DNA of 64,000 nucleotides from Squalus acanthias (Eukaryota). Of this stretch, positions 1-12,930 are shown piece after piece. Position 1 is the first letter of the stretch; every line of letters starts with the position of its first letter. Location of the stretch: assembly GCA_030390025.1 (NCBI GenBank), contig JASTWF010000070.1:310001-374000 (forward strand). The letters run 5' to 3'. The translations under genes and the position numbers were made by a program. The notes beneath the pieces are model-generated. The model searched no databases. It was not told where the DNA came from and worked only from the letters and a program-made list of their open reading frames with translations.

Positions 1-676
1 TATGGAATGATACAGCAGAGAATGAGGCCATTCGGCCCATCGTGCCTGTGGCGGCTCTTTGAAAGGGCTGCATCAGTTTGAGATATCAGAACATATGTGG
101 ACTCTCGGTGAAAAGCGGGTCACTGCTCCGTGATTTCACCACTTTAAAGTTAACACTGAACGGATTTTAAGACAATCAAACGCTTTATTATATTCAAGTA
201 AAAAGTAAAAAAACTGCAATTGCAGAAATTTATTAAAAACAGACAATGCTAAGAATACACGGCCGGTCGGTCAGTGTCTGTAACGGGAACAGACAGGTTA
301 GTGCGGTTCCGTGGGTGTAACCTGCACCTGAACTGGTCAGTTGCTAATCTTTCCGCCTCACACATGCTGACTGACCCGGTCTGTATTTCCAGCATTTTCT
401 GTGTTTAGTTTACAAAAATTTCCGGAAGAATGAAATAAAGAAAGAAAGAATGAAGTACTTTTGAACCAAGTCACTTTTGTCATGTAGGCAGATGAATTGG
501 CAGAGGAGCAGAGGACTTAAAGATTTAAGAATTTATTGGAACTCCTGTATTAATCAGTAATTTATTTTAAAGTGAATGTTGGTCGGGGGTTCTTTGGCGT
601 CTTTGATTTCAGATCAGAGCGTCCCACTGGTGACGGATTCCATAAACTAATGAATTTTCTCTGCCCCCACACACAG

Positions 677-1005
677 GCAGCGAGGATCGAAGCCCCTCGG
701 TTCTTCTCCTCCCTCCCTCCTCGGAAGAAATCGGCTCGGGATCGGCCACTCTGTCCTGCCTGGTCAGTCGCTTTAAGCCGGGCTTGGTGCGGCTCCGCTG
801 GAGCGTGGATGGCCAAGAGACAGACAGCGGAGTGACGACAGGCGCCGTGTCCCCGGACAGCGATGAAACCTACAGCCTGAGCAGTCACCTGAGAGTCCCC
901 GCCGCCGCCTGGAACAAGGGCTCCAGCTATTCCTGCAGCGTCAGCCACGGCTCCCTGAGCTCGCCTCTTCTCAAGACCATCAGCGCCTCCTCGTGTTCTG
1001 ACTGA
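677..1005 (+). CDS. IgL: Ig light chain constant exon, type I/NS5 (sigma-cart), cassette 0; V lies upstream of the window
   Basis: cag acceptor at 674-676. Phase-1 exon SSEDRSPSVLLLPPSSEEIGSGSATLSCLVSRFKPGLVRLRWSVDGQETDSGVTTGAVSPDSDETYSLSSHLRVPAAAWNKGSSYSCSVSHGSLSSPLLKTISASSCSD*. C1-set motifs, C-terminal interchain Cys, close resemblance to shark type I L-chain C; AATAAA at 1315-1320. Confidence 0.93.
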
Positions 1006-1827
1006 GGCGGTGCAAGTTGGAGTGGAAGTTTTATTTTTGGGAGTTTTTAATATAATGAAACAGATCATTCGATGTGTGCAATCCGCCTTTTTTGCAATGT
1101 AATCGCTGTAGCAATTTCAGTTTTTGGCCAACAATGCGAATGTTTAATAATATCAGAAGTGAACGAAATGATTGTGCAGCTTTGTGAGATGGAACTTTCT
1201 GTACAACTGTCCCCAATACCTTGTGTGTAAACTTTCGCTGTGTGTAGAATGGGAACAGATTTCCCTTTAGTCTGTGATCATATTGTGATTGGAAACTTGT
1301 GTAACACAGCTCTTAATAAACATGAAATGCTGCCACGAGCTTAAAGTGGTCCGTCTTTACTCAGCACTTAAAGGGACATTGAGTGGATTACATAGAATGT
1401 ACAGCACAAACAGGCCTTTCAGCCCAACTGATCGGTGGCGCTGTTTATGCGCCACACGAGTCTCCTCCCACCCTATTTCATCTCAGACCATAAACATATC
1501 TTTCTATTTCTTTCTCCCTCATGTACTTATCGAGCTTCCCCTTAAATACTGCTCTGCTGTTCGAGTCAACTATTGCATATGGTCGTGAGTTCCACATTCT
1601 CAGCACTCTCTGGGTATGAAAGGTTTCTCCTGAATTCACTACAGAATTTCTTAATGTTAAGGTTATGCCCCATTGTTTTGGACGACCCCCAACGGAGGAG
1701 TAATGTCTCTCCATCTACCCTATTAATTCCTTTGAAAATCTTAAGAACCTCAATGAAATCACCGCTTAACATTTGATATTCCAGGGATTACAAGCCTAGT
1801 TTTGTAATCTCTCCTCGTAATGTAAAC

Positions 1828-2022
1828 TGTCGTAAGAATGAGCCTTACGCGTGGTGAACTTAAAGTAAGCTTTAATCAACTAAAAAAGGTGCTACATACA
1901 AAAGAGGTCTTACTCTATGCCTCTCCAGGATCCAACTGATCAGTCCAGTATTTATCCTGGACTAATCACAGGAAGTGATGCAATAAAGTTCGAGTCACAG
2001 GAAGCTGTATTGTGTTACAACA
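1828..2022 (-). repeat. 3' LTR of the Gypsy element
   Basis: Direct repeat of 6103-6297; 2 mismatches seen in 195 bp. Confidence 0.95.
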
Positions 2023-2106
2023 TTCTCCCCCCCCAAAAGATTAGGAGGCCGGGATGAAGTTCGAGTCACAGGAAGCTGTATTGTGTTACCACATTCTCCC
2101 TCCATT

Positions 2107-5100
2107 TCATAGCCGCTGGACGAGGGAGAGCCGCACCCGTTTGGGTTCTCGTAGCGGTAGAGGGCCCCTAGCCCGTTTACCCGCCGCGGGCCGTGGACCA
2201 GAGTCCGAGTGATCCAGCCCGCTCTGTGAGGGGTCAGGACGATCCTGACTGTGTACTGGTGCCCGAACGGGTGTCGGGCAGGGCTGTGGCAGATCCGTTT
2301 CCGAGCGTACGGTACAGGGTGGATCGTGGCTGCGCGTGCGAGCCCCGACGGGCTCATAGTCAGTCTGCCTCAGGTCGGCACGCTGGAGTGAGGTACCAGC
2401 CGGTGTCAGATCCAGATCGTGATGAGAGGCACCTGGCGAGCCCAGAGATGTGCCTGGTACAATATCATCCCCTGGTGTCCCTCTATGTTTTGGCGGGCAG
2501 GGAGCCCGATCCCGCAATGACACGGTAGATTCCCGACCGTCAGGATACCGAATATAGGCGTAGGTAGGGTTGACGTCAGTGAGCTCAACCTCATCTACCA
2601 GGGGGTCATTCTTAGACGCCCGGACATATCTTCGGAGTAGCACTGGTCCCGGTGCAGTCAGCCACGACGGGAGAGATATCCCATAGGATGAGCGACGCTG
2701 AAATCGGAAGAACCGTTCACGAGGCGTCGTATTTGTGGCGGTCGAAAGGAGGGACCGTGTGGAGTGTAATGCGTCTGGAAGTACTGCTTCCCATTGCTGG
2801 TTGGGTAGGCCCCGAGATCTCAAAGCCAGACGTACTGCATTCCAGATGATAGCGTTAAAACGCTCGACTTGCCCATTCCCGACCGGATGATAAGGCGTCG
2901 TTTTGCTGGCGGCAATACCCCGTTCCGAGAGATAGGCCTTGAGTTCTCCTGACATAAAAGAAGGGCCCCGATCCGAATGAACATAGGATGCCATGCCACA
3001 GAAAGCAAATACCTGCTCAAGGCAGCTGATAACCGTGGACGTCAGGATATTTGGGCAGGGAAAGTCAAACGGAAAACGGGAATACTCATCGACCATGGTC
3101 AATAGATAAGTGTTGCGAGTTGAAGAGGGCAACGGCCCCTTAAAATCGATGCTAAGCCGTTGCATTGGCTGGGTCCCATGCATGAGTATACCACCCGAGG
3201 GGCGGAAAAACCGAGGTTTCAATTCCGCACAGACTCTGCAGTCCGAGCACATCTTCTTTACATCCCCGGTAGAGAATGGGAGATTTCGGGACCGCACGAA
3301 GTGTAGCATGCGAGTAACGCCCGGATGACACAACCCATCATGGATGTCTATGAGCGTAGAGGGTGCCATGGCGGAGCAGAATGCTCATGTGAGAGTATCT
3401 GGAGCCACATTCTCCTTGCCAGGTCGATAGTGGATGGTGTAACCAAAAGAGGCCAATTCCAGCCGCCAAAGCTGGATTTTATTATTTTTAATTTTGGTCC
3501 GTTTTCGATTATCGAGCATGAAGGCGACCGATCGCTGGTCCGTGATTAAGGTAAAGTGCTGGCGAGCTAGGAGGTGACTCCACTTCCGTACTGCCTCTGT
3601 GATGGTTTTAGCTTCTTTCTCGACTGGAGGATAATGTAGCTCAGCCCCTTGAAAAGTCCTGGACAAAAATGCCACCGGACGACCTTCCTGATTCAGAGTG
3701 GCCGAGATCGCCACCTCCGAGGCATCACACTCAACGACAAAAGGAAGACTCTCATCGATGGAGTGAAGAGTCGCTTTCTCCAACTGTTTTTTCAGGAGGT
3801 TAAAGGCTGCAACAGCCGGTGTGTCTACTGGGAATGTGCTGGCCTGCAGTAGAGGTTGGATTCGGTCCGAGAAGTTAGGAATCCATTTAGCATAGTATGC
3901 AAACAGGCCGAGGGCCCGGCGCAAGGAGGCCGGATCCTTAGGTGGCGGGAGTTCTTGGAGTGGGCGAAGCCTTTCAGGGTCAGGTTTAATGATGCCATTG
4001 CCCACACAATAGCCAAGGATGTTGATGGTTGGTTGTGACTCAATGGATTTAGCCGCATTTAATGTCAAATTACGGTGCTGGAGTGCATCCCAAAATCGTT
4101 GGAGATTGGCGTCATGTTCCCGCTGATTGCGACCTGCGACAGTAATATTGTCCAGATAAGGAAACGTATCCTTCAAGTCTTCCTGTTTGACCAGGTCATC
4201 CATTGCTCGCTGGAAGACAGCCACTCCATTAGTGACCCCAAAGGGGAGGCGACGAAATTGATACAGCCGTCCATTGGCTTCAAAGACCGTATACTGCTTG
4301 TCTGAGACCTTCAAGGGTACCTGATGATAGGCACTTTTTAGATCATATGTTGAGAACACCGTGTACTCAGCCAATTTATTAACCATATCATCGATGCGCG
4401 GCAATGGTTATGCGTCCAAGTCCGTATATTGATTGATGGTCTGTGAATAGTCAATGCACAGCCGTTTCTTGTGAGGTTGTAGAGGGTTCTTAACAATAAC
4501 GACCTGGGCACGCCATGGCGACGAACAAGGCCCGATGATATCCTCTGCTAAAAGCCGAGAAATCTCAGCCGCAATAAAAGACTGGTCTTCCTGACTGAAA
4601 CGTCGTGACTTTGTTATAATCGGTTTGCATCGAGGAGGGATACTGGAAAACAGTGAGGGTTCATCCAGTGAGGCTGCTGACAATGCACAGAACGGTAATC
4701 GAGGTAGTATATTAGAAATAGTGAGTTCAGGTTTAGATCCGCCGAACTCAATGGTGAGCTTCTTATGCTGCTTTTGAAAATCCAGCCCTAAGATAAGATC
4801 ACTACATAAGTCCTTGAGCACCAAAAGCCGGGTGGAGGGATACCTGTGACCATTAAATATTATTTCAACCCTACAAAAGCCAGAAATTCTGGTATTAAGT
4901 GATGACTGAGCCATCGCAACTGCCTGGTCCGATGGGAAAACATGTAGCTTTAACTCTGCAACAATCTGTTCCCTAATGAAACTATCAGTGCTACCTGAGT
5001 CAATTAAGGCATCTAAAGTATGTCCATTAATTGATGCTTTTGTAGCTGCATGGAATAGGTTCTGAGGACAAGCAGCTGTAATTGGTGTCGTTGCACAAAG

Positions 5101-6024
5101 AGTGGCTGAAACTCTAGGTGTGTTTCTTCGAGAGGAAGCACGATAGATTTTAGCCGGAACATCTTGATAGGCCCTTACCGGGGCAGTTCGGTAGGACTTA
5201 GCTTGATAAGCCCTCGTAGAGGCTCTTGATAGGCAAACCTTTGCAAAATGACCCTTTTTGTTGCAATGACTGAAAAACGCATTGCGAGCAGAGCAGAATT
5301 TCCGAGGGTGGAACTCATCACCACAAAAGAAGCATTTCTTAGATTGCCAAGAGGCTGCCACAGTGGGGTCATCATCCTCTTCATCAGTGAAGTCATCAGA
5401 TTGATCGTCAGGGATAAAGACCTCCCTAATAGAGTTCACCTGTGGCCTCTTAAATTGCCTGACTGTAGTTAAGGCAGTAGACCGAGGTCTGGGCACTGTA
5501 TAAAGGTCTGCATTTCTTTTTGCCAGATCTAGAGAGCAAGCCATGTCATAAGCTCTCTGAAGCTCAAGTGTCTTACTTTCCAGTAGACGCTGGCGTATAA
5601 ATGGGGAGGCAAGCCCGCAGATGAAAGCATCACGGATCATTTCTTCACGGTACAGCTCAGCTGAGGCTGCCCGAAAGTTACAGTCCATACTAAGTCTGCG
5701 AAGCTCTTGGAGGAATTTATCAATGGATTCCTCCGGCCCTTGTTGGGCTGTAGCAAGTAGATGTCTGGCATAGACCTCATTCGGTGTCTTAGTATATAGT
5801 CTCTTAAGCTTCCGAATTGCCTCCTCGTAACTGTCCCATTCCTCCACATACTGAAATACATTCTGGGTGACACAGTTGATGAGTATCCGCAACTTTGAGT
5901 CATCATCAGCCTTACAATATTCCAGAAAATTGTCAAACATGCGATACCAGTGTTTCCACACCTTACCGGCTGCTGGGGTGTTTGGGTCCAAGTCAAGACG
6001 CGATGGTTTAAGGATGTTTTCCAT
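2107..6024 (-). pseudogene. Gag-Pol polyprotein in one frame with two in-frame nonsense codons
   Basis: ORFs 4408-6024, 3385-4404 and 2107-3369 share one frame, broken by TAA (LDA*PLPRIDD) and TGA (PDTLT*AFC). Motifs: Zn knuckles (CFFCG..H..C; CNKKGHFAKVC), protease LIDSGS, RT LPFG/YLDN, RNase H CDAS, integrase HHCC and D,D35E. Confidence 0.92.
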
Positions 6025-6102
6025 GATGGTTGATTCCCTGGATCCTTAGTTCCGAGTTCGTCCAAAAAGTTTGAGTGCGAAGTTTTCCAAAGTTGATTAA
6101 AT

Positions 6103-6297
6103 TGTCGTAAGAATGAGCCTTACGCGTGGTGAACTTAAAGTAAGCTTTAATCAACTAAAAAAGGTGCTACATACAAAAGAGGTCTTATTCTATGCCTCTC
6201 CAGGATCCAACTGATCAGTCCAGTATTTATCCTGGACTAATCACAGGAAGTGATGCAATAAAGTTCGAGTCACAGGAAGCTGTATTGTGTTACTACA
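6103..6297 (-). repeat. 5' LTR of the Gypsy element
   Basis: Direct repeat of 1828-2022; minus-strand GATAAATA TATA-like box and ATTAAA signal. Confidence 0.95.
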
Positions 6298-7539
6298 TAA
6301 ACCATGGATCCCTGGTAACATTCTGGTGAATCTGCGCTGAACTCCTTGCAGTATATTCTTTCTGAGCTGGTGTGCCCAGAACCTATACACAGTGCTCCAG
6401 ATACTGGATTATTGAAGAAGGGTGGGAGAGATAAACTAGGTAATTACCGGCCTGTCAGTTTAACATCAGTTGTGGGGAAATTAATAGTATCTGTCATTAA
6501 GGATAGAGTGACTGCACACTGAAGCAAATATGAGCTGATCAGAGGGGGCCAGCATAGCTTTGTTAAAGGTAAATCATATCTGACTAATCCAGTTGCATTT
6601 CTTGAGGAGGTCACTAATCAGATAGACAAAGGAGTGTCTATGGATGTTATATATATGGACTCCCAGAAGACATTCAATAAGGGTCCACATTAAAGATTAT
6701 TGGACAAGTTGAGACCGCATGGAATTGGGTGGAGCCTTTTGATTTGGGTTGGAGTTTGGTGGGAAGTAACAGACAGAGAGTCGGGATAAAGAGGAGGGAC
6801 TCAGATTGGTAGGATGTGGAATGTGATGTTCCCCAGGGATCCGTTCTGGGGCCTCAATCTTTCCACTGTATATATTAATGAGTTGGATGAAGGAATAGAG
6901 AGTTGTATATCCCAGTTTGCAGGTGGTGTTAAGTTAGGAGGCACAGTAACTTGTGTAGATCGGAGCAAAAATTTGGAAGGGGATATGTATAGGTTGTGAG
7001 TGGAGGGAAATGTGACAGATGTCGCTCAATGTGGGGGAGTGTGAGGTAATCCACTGTGGACCTACTCCTGTTCCTGTGCTCCTAGATCAGCAAGAGATGA
7101 TTCTGAATATGGTTAAACATACATGTGAAATGTCCAAAGAACACTGGACAGAGAGTGTCGCCAATGAGCATGTGCAAAGGTGGTGGGGGAGGCGGGGGTG
7201 CGAGTAGCATGCGTGAGCACCAACGAGCTTACATATGGGACACAGATTTAAGGTATTGGACAAGAAATTCAGGGGGAATCTGAGGAAAAACTGTTTTACG
7301 CAGCGAGTGGTGAGGACCTGGAACTCGCTGCTGACGGAAGTGGTGGAAGCGGACACACTCAATGTTTTCAATGGGAGACTGGATAGGCACTTGAGGGAAA
7401 TAACCTTGCAGGGCTACGGGGATAGAGCGGGGTATGGGACTGACTGGATTTCTCCGCAGAGAGCCGGCACGGAGTCGATGGGCCGAATGGCCTCATTCTG
7501 TGCCGTTATGGCTCTATATTCACCCTGCGTGCGTACGTA

Positions 7540-9700
7540 ATAACCGCACGTAATATGAACGTGCTGACGTACGAGCACCGTGCTTACCTTGCATAATTAA
7601 ATAGCTGTGCTTGTGAGTACAGTTGAGGTAATTCTCATAGCACTGGAGGTGCTAAGTTTGCATAAGTGTATTGATAAATAAAGATTATTAATCTCTCTAT
7701 CTCTTAGGTCCACTGTCATATATTAAAGTGACGGATAAGGATTATTCCGACACCACACATCATGTGGCTGTTTGAATTCCAAACCTTAAGCTGTGTCACT
7801 TTGGCGGCTTAGCTTCAAAAGCGAAATTGATCCATTGCAGGCCATTCATTAAAGAGCGCCACGCATGATTCCGGGGATTAGATTGCGAAAGAGATTGCTA
7901 AAACTCAATCTGGTTCCGTTGCTCAATCAAGTATTGAAAGGGGACATCATCCAGGTCGGAAAATCACAGCTAATGAGCCCGCGCATCGAGTTTCCCGGCC
8001 AATTGAAAAAAGCGGGTCTGATGACGTCATTTGATGCTGCGTCGGTTTTCTTAAAGGGACCATGCGCAAATATACCTTGACACGTGTGCTGTTCGTGTCC
8101 TACAGCATTGAGGTGCTGCAAACATTGACAAGCACTTCACAGAGTTGCACGGCTGCAACCAGGCTCTCCCATGACTCCCTCGAGAGCACGTAGGGAGCTT
8201 AATTTCCCTTCCAAAGAGACCTCCCCAGGAGACCAACGCAGCCTGGTTGAACAGTGCACAGGAGGACACAAGCAGGGATATCGTCAAGAGGACCAGGCTT
8301 CAGTGGGGCAAACCTTTCAATGATCTCAGTAGAACACAAAACGTTAATGCAAAGCCACTCTCAACCTCATCCTGCTGTGCCACTCATCACATCCCCATGA
8401 CTCTGTCTTTCCTATTCTACTCCTGCATATCCTTACACACAACAATTTACCTTGCACCTCCACCCATCCCTCTCTATCTACATTCTCTCTTCCACATCTC
8501 ACTAGCCACCCACCGAACTCACCATTATCCTAGTCCAGTCATACCAATTAACAAGACGCAAGGGTAGGAACTTGTGTGTTTTAGCTGATCTGCTTTTGAA
8601 GTATCTGCTAATGTGCTGTCAGACATTGAAATCTTTTTTTTCAACACTTTACGTTCTTCGACAGATTTGTGTGCAGCTTTGAAAGTGGCTTAGTGAGTTG
8701 CAGTGAATGATGAAACATAATCGTACCCCCCACCCCCGCAATGCTGATGAGTGAGAAAGGAATGCCTTGTACATTGTAGGGATGCTTTATGTTGTTGGTG
8801 TGGGGTGGTGTCAACCTGGCGCATCATGTGGCAGCCATATGAGTGTGGAGCATCAAGTGAAGTAAATCTGGCCATGGTGAGGACATCCCTGGGGTCCCGG
8901 GCAGCAATGTGGTCGGGTGCTGATGCCCTCTGTCCTGTGCAGCACCAGGTGATTGCGGATAAGGTTGGTCTTGTCGTTGGTGCTGCTGGTGTGCCTGGTG
9001 ATGCTGGTGTTGCGGCTGATCGTGCTCAGATTCTGAGGATCAAGGTGAGAGAGTATAAACCATACCCATGCTGATGGAATAGTTGGCAGGTGAACTTGAA
9101 ATGAGAGAAGGAATCTGTCAATGGTGAAAGAGGTTGTTCTAATGAGGTGACACTTGATAGAGAGTTTTCTCCAAACACTTGCAACCTGCATAAAGCTCAA
9201 TCTCTCTTCCAAATACAGTGCGGAACAACTTTTGTGCTTGGTAAGTGAACAGCTGTGAGATGGGAGCCTTTATAGCACATTTCCAGATGACAAGTAATGA
9301 GATGATTCCATGGACATTCAACTCCCGCCCAGATTAACAGACGTGATGCCCCAGCAACGTGGACCCCGTTGGCGAGCTGGTAAATTCTAAAGGCGAGCTC
9401 AAAATTGTTGTTACTCCTCTGTTAACAAGGTGATAATGACCTGAATTGCCTCCCACGCCGCTGCGTGTCGGGTCTGTCCAGCGCTGACAGTCCCGACATT
9501 TGGTAAAGGCGCGTGGTGGAGGGTTGACAGCGGAATCCCGACCACTGTAAAAAACACACTTTCCCACCTGACCCGCCACCGATCCCGCCCTCTGAACCCG
9601 TGTAAAACCCCCCCTAAGCGTGCAGTTAGACTTTAGGTTGGAGTCGGTTAGAGCTCGGTACAGACTCAGCTGGAATTTTCCGGGGTGATAGCGGGCCAGA
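7540..9700. mobile_element. Probable decayed PIF/Harbinger-like DNA transposon sequence (Myb/SANT-like remnants)
   Basis: Remnant RTRLQW(G/R)K(P/R)FNDLSR resembles the Harbinger-associated Myb domain; the paralog runs from 62540 to the window end; boundaries approximate. Confidence 0.4.
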
Positions 9701-11599
9701 TCGGTGCCGGGTCGGGTGGGAAAGTTGTTATTTTTCAGAGCGGTTCAGGATCCCGCTGTCATCTCCCCCGCACGCGCCTTAATGCACCGACAACACTATT
9801 TTAGATTAAACTTCAAATGCAATGTAACCATGGTTCCTTTGATGATGCCGGATGAAAACGCGTCATGAATGACGTCACCAGCCCCAGTCCATCTCATTGG
9901 GCCGGGTAACGTGCTGGGCGGGCTCCAATAGGCTCCATTAAGGTAAGTTCATTTTCCACAGCGGGATGGAGCCAGCAGCGGGTTCGCGACCCGCCATGGC
10001 CCCCACCCGCACCCGACCCGCCCAGGCAAGCAAAGATCTGGCATTGACTCCAAAGCGAAAGGACAGTCCTGGAGGTGTGAATGCGGCGGAATGACACTCC
10101 TGTCACTAACTGTTCGATTCCCCCGCAAATGTCTGTACATTTCAACTTTTAGCTGTTGGGAGCGAGAATGTGTGGATCCCAATCTGTCCCAAGCCCTTCT
10201 CTAAAGCTCTCCGCCTCTCTCCACCTTTAAGACCCTCCTTAAAACCCACCTCTACGAGCAAGCTTTTGCTCACCTGTCCCAATATCTCCTTATGTGGATC
10301 GGTGTCAAATTTTGTTTGCTAAGCGCTCCTGTGAAGCGCCTTGGGACGTTTTACCACGTTAAAGGCGCTATATTAATGCAACTTGCTGTTGATGCTCTGT
10401 AAGATACATATAGTGCTCTTAGAATACGTCATTGACCTAGCAATTCATTCCTGAACTCAAGATGACCTGGGAACTGTATTGAAGGATTAGATGGGAATAA
10501 GATGGGCGTGAGGAAGTGGGGGTGTTAAATATAACAATGGGTTAACGCCACACCAACCCACCGCAAAAAGCTCCTGCAGCCATATTTAAGCTCTCAGGCG
10601 GGAAAACTCATTATAATATATAAATCAGATTCCCACAGTGCAGTTGGGAGCCTGACTTATGTGTAATGGCTGCGAGCCGGGTTTCCTGGTGCTCAGGAAA
10701 CCCAACATCGAAATCTCCTCTTATCCTTCTCTGCTCTAAGGAGAACAATCCCAGCCTCTCCAGTCTCTCCACATAAGTGAAGTCCCTCATCCCTGGTACC
10801 ATTCTAGTAAAACTCCTCTGCACTCTCTCCAAGGCCTTGACATCCTTCTTAAAGTGTGGTGCTCAGAAATGGCCTCAATACTCCAGCTGAGTCCTAACCA
10901 GAGTTTATTAAGGTTTAGCATAACGTCCTTGCTTTTGTTACCTATGCCTCTATTTTAAATGTTTTCGGAACTAGTCCTGCGACCTTCAAAGATTTGTGTC
11001 CCTGAACCCCAGGTCTCTCTGTTCCTGCCCTCACTTTACTAACTGAAATGGAGCTATAAACACTGTCAGCATGTTTCTAGAAAGCCGCACTTTACTCGTT
11101 ATAATTAATAATTCTTCAGGTTGCCTTCTTTCCATATTAAACTCCGGTTGTGATGATTTAGCACATGTCCACTTCCCCATTGCTACATTTCTCCTGCACA
11201 AATTACTTCTATGTGAGTAGATGCGATGTATTCAGCTGAATTATGGCGCTGGGTAGTTTGTTAAATAGTGGAAAAAAAGAAATAGCTACTCTGGGTAACA
11301 CCTAAATATGTAACAGTAACCTTTTTTACTCACATAATTTGTATTGTGTAACTATCACTGCATTTTGCTGGTGAAATCACCTAGCTTTTACCGGAAGAGG
11401 TTGTTGTGGATTCGGTCATGAGTTCAGTTTGCTGTAGTTCTAAGCAAATCTTTTCAAATAGACTCTGTAGACTGTTTGTTGTAATGCGCTGTTTAATTAG
11501 AATCTGTTTGCTGAGTAAATAGAGTTTGTTTGCTGTATGATAGACTGTTTGCTGTGAGTCTTGTCTAAAGACGCGCCCTGCCTCCAACAGCAACAACAA

Positions 11600-12050
11600 C
11601 AATAACTTGTATTTATATCGCCCATTTAACGACCACTGGACATCCCAACGCGCTTCACAGCCAATTAATTACTTTTGGAAGTGTAGTCACTGTTGCAATG
11701 TTGCAATTGCGATAGCCAATTTGCGCAGAGCAAGCTCCCACAAACAGCAATGTGATAATGACAAAGCATCTGTTTTAGTGATATTGATTGAGCGATAAAT
11801 ATTGGCCTCAGGACACCGGGGAGGTATCCCCTGCTCTTCTTCGAAAAAGTGGCTGTGGGTTCTTGTACATCCACGGCGCCTCGATTTAATGTTTCATCTA
11901 AAAGACGACACCTCCGACAGTGCAGCGCTCCCTCAGTACTGCACTGGGAGTGTCAGCATAGATTTTTGTGCTCGAGTCTCACGGAGTGAGGACTTGAACT
12001 CCCAAATCTCTTGACGCACAGGCGAGGGTGCGACCCTCTGAGCCACAGCG
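11600..12050 (-). mobile_element. tRNA-derived Deu-domain SINE (SacSINE1-like)
   Basis: Same ~450-bp element recurs at ~23920-24630, 25545-25775 (+), 37150-37750, 48300-48740 and 50630-51020; tRNA-like head at the right end, (CAA)n tail at the left. Confidence 0.75.
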
Positions 12051-12059
12051 TCAGCAGAT

Positions 12060-12930
12060 CACTTTAAACTTCATAATACCTGACAAAGTGCTTCACAGGA
12101 ACGTCATCTAATAGGACACTAAACCACATAAGGAGACATTAGGACAGGTGAACAAAAGCTTGGTCAAGGAGGAAAATTTTGAGGAGCGTCTTAAAGGGGG
12201 ACAGGCAGGTAGAGAGACGGAGACGTTCCAGAGCTTAGGGCCTTGGCAACTGAAAACTCGGCCGCCAATGGTGGTGCAATTAAAATCGGGGAGAATTGGA
12301 GGAGTGCAGCGATCTCGGAGGGTTGTAGGGCTGGAGGAGGTTACCGAGCTAGGGAGGGGGGCGAGGTCATGGAGGGATTTGAAAACAAAGACCAGATTTT
12401 TAAAATCGAGAAGTTGCTTATACGGGAGCCAATGTAGGTCAGTGAGCACAAGGGTGATGGGTGAAGTGGAGTTGGTGCGAGTTCAGACACGGGCAACAGA
12501 GTTTTGAATGACCTCAAGTTTACGGAGTGTAGAAAGTGGGAGGAGTCCCAAGAGTGCATTGGAATAGTCACGTCTAGAGGTAACAAAAGCACGGATGAGG
12601 CTTTCAGCAGCAGGTGAGCTGAGGCAGGGCGGAGTCGGGCAATGTTATGGAGGTGGAAATACGCTGTCTTAGTGATGGCGCAGATATGTGGTCGAAAGCT
12701 CATCTCAGATATGACATCAAGTTTGCGAACTGTCTGGTTCAGCCTCAGAGATTTAGCAGGGAGACGGATGGGGTCAGTGGTGAGCGACCGCAATTTGTGG
12801 CGCGGACTAAAGGCAATGGCTTTGGTAATCCCAATATTTATTTGGAGGACATTTCTGCTCATCCAGTGCTGGATGTTGGACAGGCAGTGTGACAATTTAG
12901 AGAGATTGGAGGGGTCGAGGAGGTGGCGGT
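12060..12930 (-). mobile_element. L2 LINE 3' fragment
   Basis: Remnants WMSRNVLQINIG, KTAYFHLHNIARLRP, LHWLP; paralog at ~52050-52980. Confidence 0.8.

Larger units (their letters stand above)
1828..6297 (-). mobile_element. Full-length Ty3/Gypsy LTR retrotransposon (Mag-like)
   Basis: Two 195-bp TG...CA LTRs; 5-bp TSD TAAAC (1823-1827 and 6298-6302); purine tract GGGGGGGGAGAA abutting the 3' LTR; gag-PR-RT-RH-IN order. Confidence 0.96.
1385..7520. mobile_element. Degenerate CR1 LINE fragments, interrupted by the Gypsy insertion at 1828-6297
   Basis: CR1 ORF2 remnants ([22 protein letters not shown]) and a GGCCGAATGGCCT 3' hairpin; the paralogous uninterrupted copy is at ~60880-62530. Confidence 0.8.

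Noticed and set aside
562-1068. Antisense ORFs over the IgL C exons (also 18276-18578 and 60166-60441)
   Set aside because: Shadow frames of GC-rich coding exons.
6388-6394. CACAGTG heptamers (also 44621 and others) as RSS
   Set aside because: They lie inside LINE fragments, no nonamer at 12/23 spacing was seen, and none adjoins a V or J.
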